NCBI GenBank assembly: GCA_964016885.1
Contig: OZ024758.1
Location: 21,762,001 to 21,826,000, forward strand
Reading direction: 5' to 3'
DNA: 64,000 bases
From: Eledone cirrhosa
Taxonomy: Eukaryota
The first letter of the stretch is position 1; each line of letters begins with the position of its first letter. The notes under the pieces were generated by a model that made no database searches, was not told where the DNA came from, and saw only the letters and a list, made by a program, of their open reading frames with translations. A program made the translations under genes and the position numbers. Below, one piece after another: positions 12,560 to 26,512 of this stretch.

Positions 12560-13280
12560 TTGTTGGTGGTGGTATTGGTCGTTGTGGTGGTGTTGTTGGT
12601 GATGGTGTTGAGGCTGGTGTTTATGGTGGTGGTGGTGGTGGTGGTGGTGATTGTAGTATTGGTGGTCGTGTTGGTGCTGGGGCTGCTGTTGGTGGTGGTG
12701 GTAGTGATTGTGGTGATGGTGGTGCTGGTGGTGCTGGTGGTGATGGTGTTGATGCTGGTGTTTATGGTGGTGGTGATGGTGATTGTAGTATTGGTGGTGG
12801 TGGTAGTGGTGGTGTTGGTGTTGGTGCTGGGGCTGCTGTTGGTGGTTGTGGTGATGGTGGTGCTGGTGGTGATGGTGTTGATGCTGGTGTTTATGGTGGT
12901 GGTGGTGATGGTGATTGTAGTATTGGTGGTGGTGGTGGTGTTGGTGTTGGTGTTGGTGCTGGGGCTGCTGTTGGTGGTGGTGGTAGTGAGTGTGGTGATG
13001 GTGGTGCTGGTGGTGCTGGTGGTGATGGTGTTGATGCTGGTGTTTATGGTGGTGGTGATGGTGATTGTAGTATTGGTGGTGGTGTTGGTGTTGGTGTTGG
13101 TGCTGCTGTTGGTGGTGGTGATGGTGGTAGTGATTGTGGTGATGATGAAGATGGTGGTGGTGCTGGTGGTGGTGGTGGTGATGGTGGTGATGATTGTGGT
13201 GAGGATGAAGATGGTGGTGGTGGTGGTTCAAATAATGAAGATGAGGATGGCGACGATGATGATGATGATGATGATGGTAA
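12560..13280. repeat. (GGT)n-based compound minisatellite, ~4 higher-order units
   Basis: GATGGTGTTGATGCTGGTGTTTATGGT..GATTGTAGTATTGGT recurs four times. Confidence 0.85.
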
Positions 13281-13452
13281 CGACACTGATGAAACAAAAA
13301 TGTCACACAATTAAGGCAATGTTGTTTAACGAAATAATATTAAGATAATATTATTTAGGTTTGTATGGGCGGCGATTGGTGGTGGTGGTGTTGTTGTTGT
13401 TGTGTGGACAACACTCATTATGGACTATCATCTGACAGACAGCCTCTTGTGA

Positions 13453-13750
13453 AATAATTGTTTCTACTATTGGCACAAGGCCAGCAATTACCCAGCACAT
13501 TACTGGTACTTTATTTTATCGACCCCGTAAGGATAAAAGGCAAAGTTAGCCTCTGGTGAAATAATTGTTTCTACCTTTGGCACAAGGCCAGCAATTCCCC
13601 AGTACATTACTGGTACTTTATTTTATTGACCCCGCAAGGATGAAAGGCAAAGTCAACCTCGGCGGGATTTGAACTCAGATCGTAAAGGGACGTAACTATG
13701 CTGGAAAGCATGACGTCCGACCCTCTACCGATACTGCCAATCCACCACCC
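13453..13750 (-). mobile_element. Partial plus full main-family SINE
   Basis: Shared SINE body; CCTCT(G/T)GTGAAATAAT occurs three times, delimiting the copies (TSD-like). Confidence 0.8.
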
Positions 13751-13824
13751 TCTGGTGAAATAATGATAGAGTAACATATTGTTGGTTAGCAAGCTATTAA
13801 GAGCAGCTTTAGAACATTATATTC

Positions 13825-14040
13825 TACAGGGTGAGCAGAAAGTCTTTCCCTCATTATAAAATACCATATCTTAGATATTATTTCAGATTTTACGTTTTCG
13901 TTGTTTTAATTTATAAATTTCAAGTTTAAAGATTTTTTTCTGAACATGTTGTATATTTTCTCTTCTACAGGAAGTAGTTGTAATTTTCAGAAACAAAATG
14001 GCATCTCTGAAGCAAAAATCTCAGTGTGTTTTGTGGTTTC
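13825..14040 (+). mobile_element. Tc1/mariner-type transposon left-end remnant
   Basis: TA-CAGGGTG terminus; ATG at 13998 gives MASLKQKSQCVLWF, resembling the N-terminus of Tc1-like (DUF4817-type) transposases. Confidence 0.5.
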
Positions 14041-15524
14041 TAAGACTTTATGCTAACCTTGTATATATTCTGATTTTATGAAAAGAAATGATTTCAGTAT
14101 AATTCTTTTTTAGAAATAAGTTTGAAATTTTCCGATAGGTATTGAAGTATTGAACTGATGTTCTATACTTCTAGATCATACTTGCTGCTCACAATTATTA
14201 GGAAGAAGACGGCGAATCGGCAGAGTGGTTAGAACGTCAGATAGAATATTTTATGGTGTTCGTTCCAGCTCTCTTAGTTTAAATCCCGCAGAAGTCAACT
14301 TTACCATTCATTCTTTCGAGGTCCATAAAAAAAGTACTAGTCTAGTACTGGGTCTATTTTTTTTCCTCTATTTTTAGGAACGATCGACTTTCGTCAAATC
14401 GGACCGAGGAAACAATGTTTCCGTTGGTCTTTCCAATTGCTAATACTATCTATCGGTCGCAACTCCAGGTAGAAGGAGCAACGTGAAATAAAGTGTCTTG
14501 CTCAAGGACATAACGCATCGCCTGGTCCAGGAATCGAACTCACAACGTTACGATTGCGAATCCAATTCTCTAACCAATCAGCCACACGCCTATATATATA
14601 TATATCTTTCCTAATTCCATTTTCTCATTTTCTATTCTTCTCTGGAAGAAATCTGCTGTATTCAGACCTAGAGAGGAGATGGACTCCACCAGGTTTTAAA
14701 CGAAAATATCTTACCAACCCCGTATATCAATACGGCGCCCCTACAACTCTTTCAAAAGATACGGTAAAAATTTAAAAATAAAGTAAGTGTTGGGAAGTGA
14801 TTGGAAAAAAAGTTCAAGCAAGTGAAATGAAGAAACAAATTTGATACTTTTGTAAATTGTAAATTTGAAATCTATTATTCAAGTATATGCAGTCTTTTAG
14901 CAATGGCGGATAAAAACTGGCTTATTCTTCCTACCATTAAAATAATTATACTCATCCTAGTCGTCGTCATAATTATCAACATCATCATCACCTTCCTCAT
15001 TCTTCTTTAAATTTGTTTGTTTTGTTTGTTTGTTTTTTGTCTGTTTTTGTTTTTTGGGCTTTTTTTTTATTATTGTAATTCATTATTTCGTCTTCACTTC
15101 CTTTATTATTATTATCATTATTATTTGCTGTTGTTAATTTTTATTTTATTTTTTATATATTGTTTGTTAGTTTTTTACATTATCTGTTGTTAAATAGTTT
15201 GTTTTGAAATTTAGCTTCTTTGACTAATCGTATAAAGTTGGTAGATCAGTTTAGTTATCAAAAAGTAACATTTTTAACTGTTGTAGCAGCTGAAGTCAAC
15301 ACTTTTCTTTTCATTTCGCTTTCGGCAGCCGTACGAATTAGCATTATCGTCATTGTTATTGGAAACATTGTGTTCTTCTAGTTGTGTGATTCTTGTGAAA
15401 CCACCTGTTTTATTTATTTTCACTTATAATAATTTCATTTTCTTTCTCTCCATCGCTGTTCCTAGAATATTTCTTAACGTTTTATTAATATAATTTTTCA
15501 AGTTCTCTACGGTAGGATTTATTT

Positions 15525-15555
<31 letters not shown>

Positions 15556-15825
15556 ATATTCTTCTTCGTCTTTGCTTTCTTCTTCTTCTCTTTCTTCTTC
15601 TCCTTCTTCTTCTTCTTCTGCTGCTTCTTCTCTTTTTTCTTCTTCTTCATCATCTTCTTCTTCTTCTTCGTCTTTGCTTTCTTCTTCTTCTTCGTCTTCT
15701 CCTTCTTCTTCTCTTTATTCGTCTTCTTCTTTACCTCCTTCTTTGCATTCTTCTTATTCTTCTTCTCCATCTTCTCCTCCTTCTTCGTCTTCTTCTTCTC
15801 TTCCTCCTCCTTCTTCTTCTTCTCG
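15525..15825. repeat. (CTT)n degenerate microsatellite
   Basis: Direct inspection; explains the poly-K and poly-S ORFs. Confidence 0.9.
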
Positions 15826-16437
15826 TATTTCTTTATATATCCCCCCTCACGGAGCGTTTTCTTTTTCATAAAATTCTATTGAATTTAACCTATTTTAAGG
15901 ACAATTTGGGGTAACCTTTCAAAGTGTAGTATGTCTTATATTTTAGTCTCTGTTTTGGTTCCTCTCTATTTAACCACTTCTTCTTTTTCTTCTTGTCTTT
16001 CCTGTCTCTATTTCTTTCACTAACTTCTTGTATTCTTTCTAACATTCCTCTGCCATTTTTTCTTTGTTAGAATCGTCTGTTAGGCTTTCTTTTATCATTC
16101 GTCACATATATGCGCTGAAATTAAATTTTAGCTACTTATCGTTGCGTTGCTCCGTCTAGAGAATAATTCCATTATCGCAGAAATGGTGGCTCTCTAGATG
16201 TCTGCGTGCTTCTATTTTCTTCCCCAATTTCGTTTTCTCGCTTTCTCTTCAAGAGACCTTTCCTCTCATCCCATTCACTCTATCTCTCTCTATATCCCTC
16301 TCTCAATCACAATCTCCCTTATACAAAACAACAGTACTTGCACCTATTCTAGCTATCTCTTGATATATTCATTTCTGTGCTCTTAATTTTTTTTCTCGGA
16401 TACTCACTTTTCTCTCTCTCTCTTTCTCTCCCCCCCC

Positions 16438-16497
<60 letters not shown>

Positions 16498-16972
16498 ATA
16501 TACTGTATATCCTTTCTCAACATCGTGTTTACTCGCTTTTTCTGTCAAGGGACCAGAATCCATTATAAATGAACAATTCCATGTAAACGAATGACAGTTA
16601 TGGATAGGATAAGAAGTAACTAAAGAGCAATAGGGACAGAGAAAGAGACACAGAGAGAGAGAGAGAGAGAGAGCGAGAGGGGGAGAGCGAATGTGTATGT
16701 GTGTGTGCGTGTGTGTGAGAGAGAGCGAGACTGAGAGAGAGTGAATGAGCGAGAGGAGGGAGAACGAGTGAGAGACTGCAGTTGTATATATGACCGTGCA
16801 TTAACATACAACCATAAACACACACAAACACCCACACACCCATACACACGCATACACACAAATACACACACACACATACACACACACACACACACACACT
16901 TACACACAGCCAGATGTATTCTCAGATAGATGGAAACATCTACAGGTTTACAAACGAGTATACTGATCTATC

Positions 16973-17034
<62 letters not shown>

Positions 17035-17043
17035 CAGCTATAT

Positions 17044-17135
<92 letters not shown>

Positions 17136-17239
17136 CAACAACAAATATACTTGAAGTCATAAAAAAACATACACTATTTAAAAGCAAATTACAATAAAGC
17201 CTACATAAACACGGTATACAAACATAAAATCGCTCATAT

Positions 17240-17765
17240 ACACACACTTGGATGTGTATATGTATATACACATATATTATATGCATATATAAATATATAT
17301 ATATGTGTGTATATGTATATATATATATATACACAGACAGAGACAGCTAAAGAGACGAAGAGATATATAATATATATATATGTATATATATATGTGTGAG
17401 TGTGTATGTGTATATATATGTATGTGTATGGATATATGTATATATCTATATCGATATATGTATATATTTATATGTATATCTATATGTATGTATATATGTA
17501 CATGTAGATATATATATATACACACATATATATATATATATATATGTATATGTATATGTATATATATATATGTATATGTGTATATATATGAGTATATGTG
17601 TGTATCTATATATATGTATATGTGTATATATATGAGTATATGTGTATATATATATATGTATATATGTATATTTATATATGTATGTATATATATGTATATA
17701 TGTATATATATATATATATGTATATGTATATGTATATATATATATATGTATATATATATATGTAC

Positions 17766-17813
<48 letters not shown>

Positions 17814-17988
17814 GTATATATATATATATGTATATATGTATATATATATATGTATATATGTATATATATATATGTATATATATATATGTATATATGTATA
17901 TATATATATGTATATATATATATGTATATGTATATATGTATATATATATATGTATATATATATATGTATATATATATATGTATATATG

Positions 17989-18041
<53 letters not shown>

Positions 18042-18050
18042 GTATATATG

Positions 18051-18095
<45 letters not shown>

Positions 18096-18175
18096 ATATA
18101 TATATGTATATATATATATATGTATATATATATATGTATATATATATATGTATATATATATATGTATATGTATAT

Positions 18176-18221
<46 letters not shown>

Positions 18222-18548
18222 ATATGTATATATATGTATATATATGTATATATGTATATATATGTATATATATATATATATACATATGTATATATATGTA
18301 TATGTATATATATGTATATATATATATATATACATATGTATATATATGTATATGTATATATATGTATATATATATATATATACATATGTATATATATGTA
18401 TATATATATATATGTGTATATATATGTATATATATATATGTGTATATATATGTATATGTATATATATGTATATGTATATATATATATATGTATATATATA
18501 TATGTGTATATATATGTATATATATATATGCGTATATACATGTATATG

Positions 18549-18579
<31 letters not shown>

Positions 18580-18586
18580 GTATATG

Positions 18587-18618
<32 letters not shown>

Positions 18619-18628
18619 TGTACATATG

Positions 18629-18663
<35 letters not shown>

Positions 18664-18701
18664 GTGTATATATATATGTATATATATATATATATATATA
18701 T
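17240..18701. repeat. Long imperfect (TA)n/TATG array
   Basis: Direct inspection; abuts the Penelope-like element. Confidence 0.95.
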
Positions 18702-19272
18702 GGGAGGAGGTTATAGTTCACTTGAAGCATTGTGTAATGAGGTATAAACGTTAGAATATGTGTAATAAGGCCAAGACAATGCAGATATGGACATAGAAAA
18801 AGAATGCAATAGTGAGAGATATTGATGAGAATTCGTCTTTCACCTTGAATTTATTTAAATGTCCTTAATTTTCGAGATAATATCTCTTCTTCGGAGGGAA
18901 GTAAAAGTCTCAGACCAGCGTCTAAATTTCCAATGAAGCCATGCTGACCGGAAATAGTATAGAGTTCTAACTTTAATATCAAAGAATTAAAATTAGGTGG
19001 GTAAAGAGTAGTCTCCCTTTAAGAGGGGTTTGTTTATGTTTTTGTTGTGTTTTTTAAATTTTATATGCGTGCCTGTATATGTGTGTGGGAGAAAGCATGA
19101 AGGTGTAGGTATGTGTGTGTGTGAGTGTGGGAAGATAGGTCTAATCGTAAAAGTGGGGGGTAGGTGTTATCTGGTGTTAGAACTGGTTTTGTGTGTGTAT
19201 GTGTGAGAGAGAATAAGTGGAGGTGTGTGCGTGCGTGTGTGTGGGGTGTGTAAAGTGGGGCTAGAGGCCCTA

Positions 19273-20204
19273 TCAGGTTATAAATTGGGTGTTGAGCTCT
19301 AGTCTATTATTGATTGGTGGATGTGTTCTATCTATAATGAGTGCTTCCTTGATTCTAAGATTACCGAGGTTTCTTTCTTTAGTTTCTATCCTAACTGTTA
19401 TGTTTTTATCAGTGTTTTTGCATTTAACTAGGTGTTTCTTAAATGAGGAAGCGTTAGTATTGAGGTGTTCTTGTATTCTTATGTGGAGTGGTCTGGTGGT
19501 GCTACCTACGTAGAAGTTGTTGCATTTGTCACACTCTAGTCTGTAAACTACGTAAGCCTGGTGGCATAGGTCTGTGTCGTTGATGGGGCAGTTGGCTAGT
19601 CTGCAGCAGTTGTCATGTCTGGTGGAGTGTCTCTTAGCTAGCCGTCCACGCAAAGAAGGACCCGAATGGGCCAGTTGAATATCCAGACCTTCTCGTCTGA
19701 TGGCTCTGCGGATGGCTGTTGTTGTTTCTTCACTGAAGTGTGGGAGCTTCAGGAAGCAAGTGTTAGTGCCTCGGGTGTGGTGTCCTCTGTTCTTTCTGGC
19801 ACGGTTTGTGGTGGATGTCGTGTATCCGTTCAGTTTGAGTACTTCCAGGAAATGTGTGGTGTGTGTGTCTCGGTCTCTGGCGTCGGTGCATTTGTTCTTG
19901 ATACGTGCCAGTTCGTTCTTTATGTATCCGAACTTGGCACCGAGTGGGAGGGCCGATCTGAAATGTACGAACAGGTCCCTGCTGGCGGATTTTTTATAGA
20001 AGCAGGTGTGGATGTTGCCTTCCTCTGTTACCCTGAGTTGGAAGTCCAGCAGGGATAGGGATCCGCGGTCATCGGGGTGTTCTATGCTGAACTTTATACT
20101 GGCGTCCATGCTGGAGAATGTTGTGTATATTTTCTCTGCCTCTTCACGGGATGATGTAAGGATGAGTATGTCATCTACATATCGGGTGAAGAAGGCATGG
20201 GAAT
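19273..20204 (-). CDS. 5'-truncated Penelope ORF: RT C-terminal/thumb region + GIY-YIG endonuclease (open frame)
   Basis: RYVDDI, IKFSIEH, LSLLDFQL, Cys-rich linker CRLANCPINDTDLC, VVYRLECDKCNNFYVGSTTRPLHIRIQEH, KEALII, INNRLE. Confidence 0.9.
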
Positions 20205-22416
20205 ACCACCACCGCCGAGACTACGAGAAAAAACGCCTAACACAAAAATTTCTCAAACTCAGGACGGCCAACTGTCTTAACAACATCCCAACGCCAAACA
20301 CCAACAGAGGCGAACAATACGTTACCAACACCGAACCTAGCGGCACCCCGACCAACAACACACCTGACGCAAAACACCTCGTCACAGACTTGACAGGATC
20401 CCCTCTCCCGAGAGGAATTAGACCTCCTCAGCCTGGGTCCCAAGTTCATATTGAAACAGAGACTGGACGACAGACTATGGCTCGACATAGAAACGAATTT
20501 CTGTCGAGCTGCCTACCAACTGAAATGGATATCGACTCTCGACAACAACACCACGGAATCCACCACACCCAGATTCCCCGATATACCAACTAGATCGCCC
20601 ACTCTATCCACCGCCCGCCACCGCGAGCTGGAAGATAAACTCTCGAGACTAAAACATTCCGTATTTAACATCTTACGGAAACAGAAGAGATGGCCCCTAA
20701 CCTCTCCAGGACACAACAACTCGCCCTGAAGAACCTACGGAATAAGGAACTTATTTACTTACCATCCGACAAAGGTAAAGAGTTCTGCGTCATCTCTCAA
20801 GCCACATACAATAACCTAGCCTTCGAACACCTAAGCGACAGTGAACTGTACACAGTGATCCCGGACATGACCGCAGCCCAAATCGAAAAACAGACCAACT
20901 CCATTTGGTTCGATATCTGTAGGAGAAGACAACTCCCGAATAAAATTAAACTCAACTACACCACTAGAAATAGCAGACTGCCCACTTTCTACCACCTCAT
21001 CAAGACCCACAAGAATAGCACTAAGACGCATATAAGACCCATCGTCTCTAGCATAGAAGGACCCCTATACAAAAATTTCCTGGCTTCTCTCCCAGGTCCT
21101 CAAGCCTCTACTCTCCACCTTCCCCGGACATGTCAGTAGCTCCGACGAAGTTATACGTAGATTACACCAACTCCAGCCAGAACAACTTAAACTTAATAAA
21201 TACGCTTTTAGCCTCGACGTTGTCTCCCTCTACACTACAGTCCCCGCTCACCCAGCTGTCGATTTATTGACGGACTGCGTGGTCGCAGAGAACATCCACT
21301 GCTACGGCCTCCACCCGACGGACATACACCAACTTTTGTCCTTCACAGTAGACAACACGTACTTCACCTTCCACCACCACACATACAGACAGACAACAGG
21401 ATTACCCATGGGATCCAGCCTCTCTGGCCTGCTGGCCATCACTTACATGAACCAGCTAGAATGCCGAGCCCTCAACACCTGCCATTCCCATGCCTTCTTC
21501 ACCCGATATGTAGATGACATACTCATCCTTACATCATCCCGTGAAGAGGCAGAGAAAATATACACAACATTCTCCAGCATGGACGCCAGTATAAAAGTTC
21601 AGCATAGAACACCCCGATGACCGCGGATCCCTATCCCTGCTGGACTTCCAACTCAGGGTAACAGAGGAAGGCAACATCCACACCTGCTTCTATAAAAAAT
21701 CCGCCAGCAGGGACCTGTTCGTACATTTCAGATCGGCCCTCCCACTCGGTGCCAAGTTCGGATACATAAAGAACGAACTGGCACGTATCAAGAACAAATG
21801 CACCGACGCCAGAGACCGAGACACACACACACACACATTTCCTGGAAGTACTCAAACTGAACGGATACACGACATCCACCACAAACCGTGCCAGAAAGAA
21901 CAGAGGACACCACACCCGAGGCACTAACACTTGCTTCCTGAAGCTCCCACACTTCAGTGAAGAAACAACAACAGCCATCCGCAGAGCCATCAGACGAGAA
22001 GGTCTGGATATTCAACTGGCCCATTCGGGTCCTTCTTTGCGTGGACGGCTAGCTAAGAGACACTCCACCAGACATGACAACTGCTGCAGACTAGCCAACT
22101 GCCCCATCAACGACACAGACCTATGCCACCAGGCTTACGTAGTTTACAGACTAGAGTGTGACAAATGCAACAACTTCTACGTAGGTAGCACCACCAGACC
22201 ACTCCACATAAGAATAAAAGAACACCTCAATACTAACGCTTCCTCATTAAGAAACACCTAGTTAAATGCAAAAACACTGATAAAAACATAACAGTTAGGA
22301 TAGAAACTAAAGAAAGAAACCTCGGTAATCTTAGAATCAAGGAAGCACTCATTATAGATAGAACACATCCACCAATCAATAATAGACTAGAGCTCAACAC
22401 CCAATTTATAACCTGA
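20205..22416 (+). pseudogene. Penelope RT + GIY-YIG ORF, 5'-truncated, several frameshifts (some possibly sequencing errors)
   Basis: YLPSDKG, PTFYHLIKTHK, IRPIVS, FSLDVVSLYTTVP, YRQTTGLPMGSSLS, RYVDDI, VVY..YVGST spread across frames. Confidence 0.9.
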
Positions 22417-22793
22417 TAGGGCCTCTAGCCCCACTTTACACACCCCACACACACGCACGCACACACCTCCACTTATTCTCTCTCACACATACACACACAA
22501 AACCAGTTCTAACACCAAATAACACCTACCCCCCACTTTTACGATTAGACCTATCTTCCCACACTCACACACACACACATACCTACACCTTCATGCTTTC
22601 TCCCACACACATATACAGGCACGCATATAAAATTTAAAAAACACAACAAAAACATAAACAAACCCCTCTTAAAGGGAGACTACTCTTTACCCACCTAATT
22701 TTAATTCTTTGATATTAAAGTTAGAACTCTATACTATTTCCGGTCAGCATGGCTTCATTGGAAATTTAGACGCTGGTCTGAGACTTTTACTTC

Positions 22794-22828
22794 CCTCCGA
22801 AGAAGAGATATTATCTCGAAAATTAAGG
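22794..22828 (+). ncRNA. Minimal variant HHR in the Penelope 3' UTR; mirror copy on - strand at 18863-18897
   Basis: CCT-CCGAAGA-A-GAGATA.TATCTC-GAAA-AT-TA-AGG; U4C core variant, palindromic stem III AATT, 3-bp stem I. Confidence 0.6.
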
Positions 22829-22984
22829 ACATTTAAATAAATTCAAGGTGAAAGACGAATTCTCATCAATATCTCTCACTATTGCATTCTTTTCTATGTC
22901 CATATCTGCATTGTCTTGGCCTTATTACACATATTCTAACGTTTATATATTATATATGTATATATATATATATATATATATGTC

Positions 22985-23122
<138 letters not shown>

Positions 23123-23123
23123 C

Positions 23124-23169
<46 letters not shown>

Positions 23170-23204
23170 GTATATATATATGTATATGTATATGTATATA
23201 TATA

Positions 23205-23268
<64 letters not shown>

Positions 23269-23296
23269 GTATATATGTATATATATGTATAATATG

Positions 23297-23371
<75 letters not shown>

Positions 23372-23432
23372 GTATATATGTATATATAATGTATATATGT
23401 ATATATATATATGTATATATATAGTATATATG

Positions 23433-23465
<33 letters not shown>

Positions 23466-23533
23466 GTATATATATATAATGTATTATATATATATGTATA
23501 TATATATATGTATATATCTATAAATATCTATAT

Positions 23534-23733
23534 NNNNNNNNNNNNNNNNNNNNNNNNNNNNNNNNNNNNNNNNNNNNNNNNNNNNNNNNNNNNNNNNNNN
23601 NNNNNNNNNNNNNNNNNNNNNNNNNNNNNNNNNNNNNNNNNNNNNNNNNNNNNNNNNNNNNNNNNNNNNNNNNNNNNNNNNNNNNNNNNNNNNNNNNNNN
23701 NNNNNNNNNNNNNNNNNNNNNNNNNNNNNNNNN
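23534..23733. other. Assembly gap (200 N) following a (TA)n array
   Basis: N run. Confidence 1.
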
Positions 23734-23737
23734 TCAT

Positions 23738-24185
23738 TTTAAACCTTGTGGAGGCCATCTCCTCTCTCCAGGTTTGAACACAGCTGATTTCTTTCAGAGA
23801 AAGATAGAGAGAGAATGAAAATGAGAAAGAGATATAGAAGAAAAATCGATCCCAGTACTAGACTGATACATTTTTATCGACTCCAAAAGGATGAAAAGGA
23901 AAGTTGACTTCGGAGGGATTTGAACTGAGAAAGTTTCTAGGGTATTTTAAACCTACCGGAGCCCATCTCCTCTCTCCAGGTTTGAACACACCATATTTCT
24001 TCCAGAGAGAAAGAAAGAAAGAGATATCGAAGAAGAATCGATCACAGTACTAGACTGGTACTTTTTTTATCGATCTCAAAAGGATGAAAAGCAAAGTTGA
24101 CTTCGGAGGGATTTGAACTCACAGAGCAGAAAGCCGGAACGAATAGCGGAATCATTCTCTGTAACGTTCTAACGAATCTGCCAAC
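23738..24185 (-). repeat. Duplicated SINE-variant unit (~210 bp x2), related to ~14600-14700 and ~35040-35110
   Basis: CCATCTCCTCTCTCCAGGTTTGAACAC and AAAGGATGAAA..GTTGACTTCGGAGGGATTTGAACT each occur twice. Confidence 0.65.
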
Positions 24186-25045
24186 AACGGTTTCTACTTT
24201 AAACATTAGATCAGCAACATGGTAGGCAGAAGAAAGTCAATTATATTTACCAGTATTTGACTGGTACTTTATGTTATCAATCTGGAAGGATGAAAGGCAA
24301 AGTAGGTCTCCGCATGATGAAACAAATAGATACAGGAATTTATTGCTGTGGAGAATGTATGAACCAAACAAGAAGCCATTTTATGTCGGCTACAATATAA
24401 AATCTCTGTCGACCACAATATGAAACCTTTATGTCTACAGAAACTTAACAGATAGTTGAACATAAGTTTGGAAGAAATACGTTAAAACAAAATACTATTT
24501 ATTACTTTTTTCTGAATGGGATTGATTCAAGAGCTTGGACATTTTAGAAATATTTACGGTAAGCTGTGAAAATGAGAGTTGAAATAGATGCTGCACTTTG
24601 AAAGAAAGAATGTTCACTGCAGCTTATATCTTCCACAGAAGGCACTTAACTTGTCGTTCTAGTAAGCCAACAAAACACTGTTCAACTTTAAAACGTTGTT
24701 CCTATTTACAGAGAAAGATTATAGTAAAACCCATGGTACCTACAAAAAGCTAGCGAAAAAATCTTCTTCGCAGTTGTTTCACAATTTATGAAGCACATCT
24801 TATTCTTCTTCAATCTTAACATCGCTCTCATTACAAAAACAGAGAAAGGTATATAGCTTAAAGGGTTTTGGTGTTTAGCTCGAGGGGTGGGTTCTCGTCG
24901 GTGTGTTGGACCTTGAGCAAGACACTTTAGTTCACGTTGCACCAGTGATCAGCGAATTTTACTATGTATGCTGTTTTAATATATGTATTAAACATTATAT
25001 CTATATGGAAAATAGAAAGTCCGTAGATCTGATTTAAATTGCATT

Positions 25046-25106
<61 letters not shown>

Positions 25107-25559
25107 GGTATTAGTAGTAGAATTACAAATAGTAGTAGTGGTGGTGGTGGTATTAGTAGTAGAATTACAAATAGTAGTAGTGGCGGTGGTGGTATTAGTA
25201 GTAGAATTACAACTAGTAGTAGTAATAGTTGTGGTGGTGGTAAGCAGCAGCAGTACTAGTAATCATAGTAGTAGTAGTAGTGCTTGTACTGGTAGTAGTA
25301 GTATTATAAGTGGTAGTTGTAGTATCATAATCAGTAGTAGTAGTAGTAGTACCAACATCAGTAGTAGTAGTAGTAGTAGTAGTTCATTCATCCGAGGATC
25401 GATAAAATAAATATCTATCATAGTAGTAAGTCAATTGAATCGATCATACCGACCGATCAATATTTCTGTTGATATTTCTCATCGACTTAAGATCAAAAGG
25501 TAAGAGCCATTACCACATTGAATGACTCGGGCAACGATGCTGCGTGGTTAACAAGTTTT

Positions 25560-25609
<50 letters not shown>

Positions 25610-25649
25610 GGGAGGGGGGTGTATATACATATATATATATGTAGGAGGT

Positions 25650-26060
25650 GAGTTTTATTGTAGTACAATAAAGCAATGCAGATATCGGATAAGAAGCACT
25701 CTACAGTTTGTGGGAGTGGAGTATACATAATATATAAGATCAAAAGATGGTTAAAGGAGTTCCATGTATTTTATTATGCGCATTTCAAAAACAAACATCA
25801 TCATGCAATAATATTTGTGTTTTCATCAGATAAAACAGGAGAACATGATATGAAGGCTAAAAAACACTTGTGGATAGTGCAGTGGATAGTGCAGTTGATT
25901 TAAAACTGCACTATCCACAAGTGTTTTTTAGCCTTCATATCATGTTCTCCTGTTTTATCTGATGAAAACACAAATATTATTGCATGATTATGTTTGTTTT
26001 TGAAATGCGCATAATAAAATACATGGAACTCCTTTAACCATCTTTTGATCTTATATTATA
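25650..26060. mobile_element. HHR hairpin element, family A, copy 2; HHRs at 25767-25837 (-) and 25951-26021 (+)
   Basis: TGTTTTAT-CTGATGA-long stem II-GAAA-TGCGCA-TA-ATAAAATA; left arm is the longer one here. Confidence 0.85.
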
Positions 26061-26512
26061 TATATATGTATGTATATGTATAAGTGTTATTTACCAAAAA
26101 GAAGAACAAGTCAACATCATTGGTAAATATCATATTGGTTAAGAGAGTGGGACTGGCTTTGTGCAGTGCCTTTGCTCACTATAAAAGCTTCACAGCACAG
26201 GCATTGATTTATATCTGGAGATCTCTCTGCACTTGTCGTCACAAGGTACCATGGGCCCAGCACTATGTGTCAATAATTGTCACAAGTGTAGTGTTTGTAC
26301 CAGAGTTTTCAAGTCGCTGGCTGGACTAAAAAGTCACACTCGTTCAGCGCATCTGTAGGGGTTCTCCTACATGGATATAAAGTAGTGGCCGTACTCGAAA
26401 ACGAGTTGGCAGCCACCATATATAAGTGTATATATATATATATATACATAAATAAATATATACATCCATATATATATATATGTATGTTTATATATATATA
26501 TATATATATATG

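Larger units (their letters stand above)
18702..22947. mobile_element. Penelope-like retroelement insertion with head-to-head inverted structure
   Basis: 18743-20204 is the reverse complement of 21484-22947 (~1.46-kb arms); left arm has an extra ~41-nt tail (18702-18742); (TA)n on both sides. Confidence 0.93.

Noticed and set aside
12520-13348. Gly-rich and His-rich ORFs resembling cephalopod structural proteins
   Set aside because: GGT-based repeats are open in several frames on both strands by construction; no signal peptide or splice support seen. RNA-seq could overturn this.
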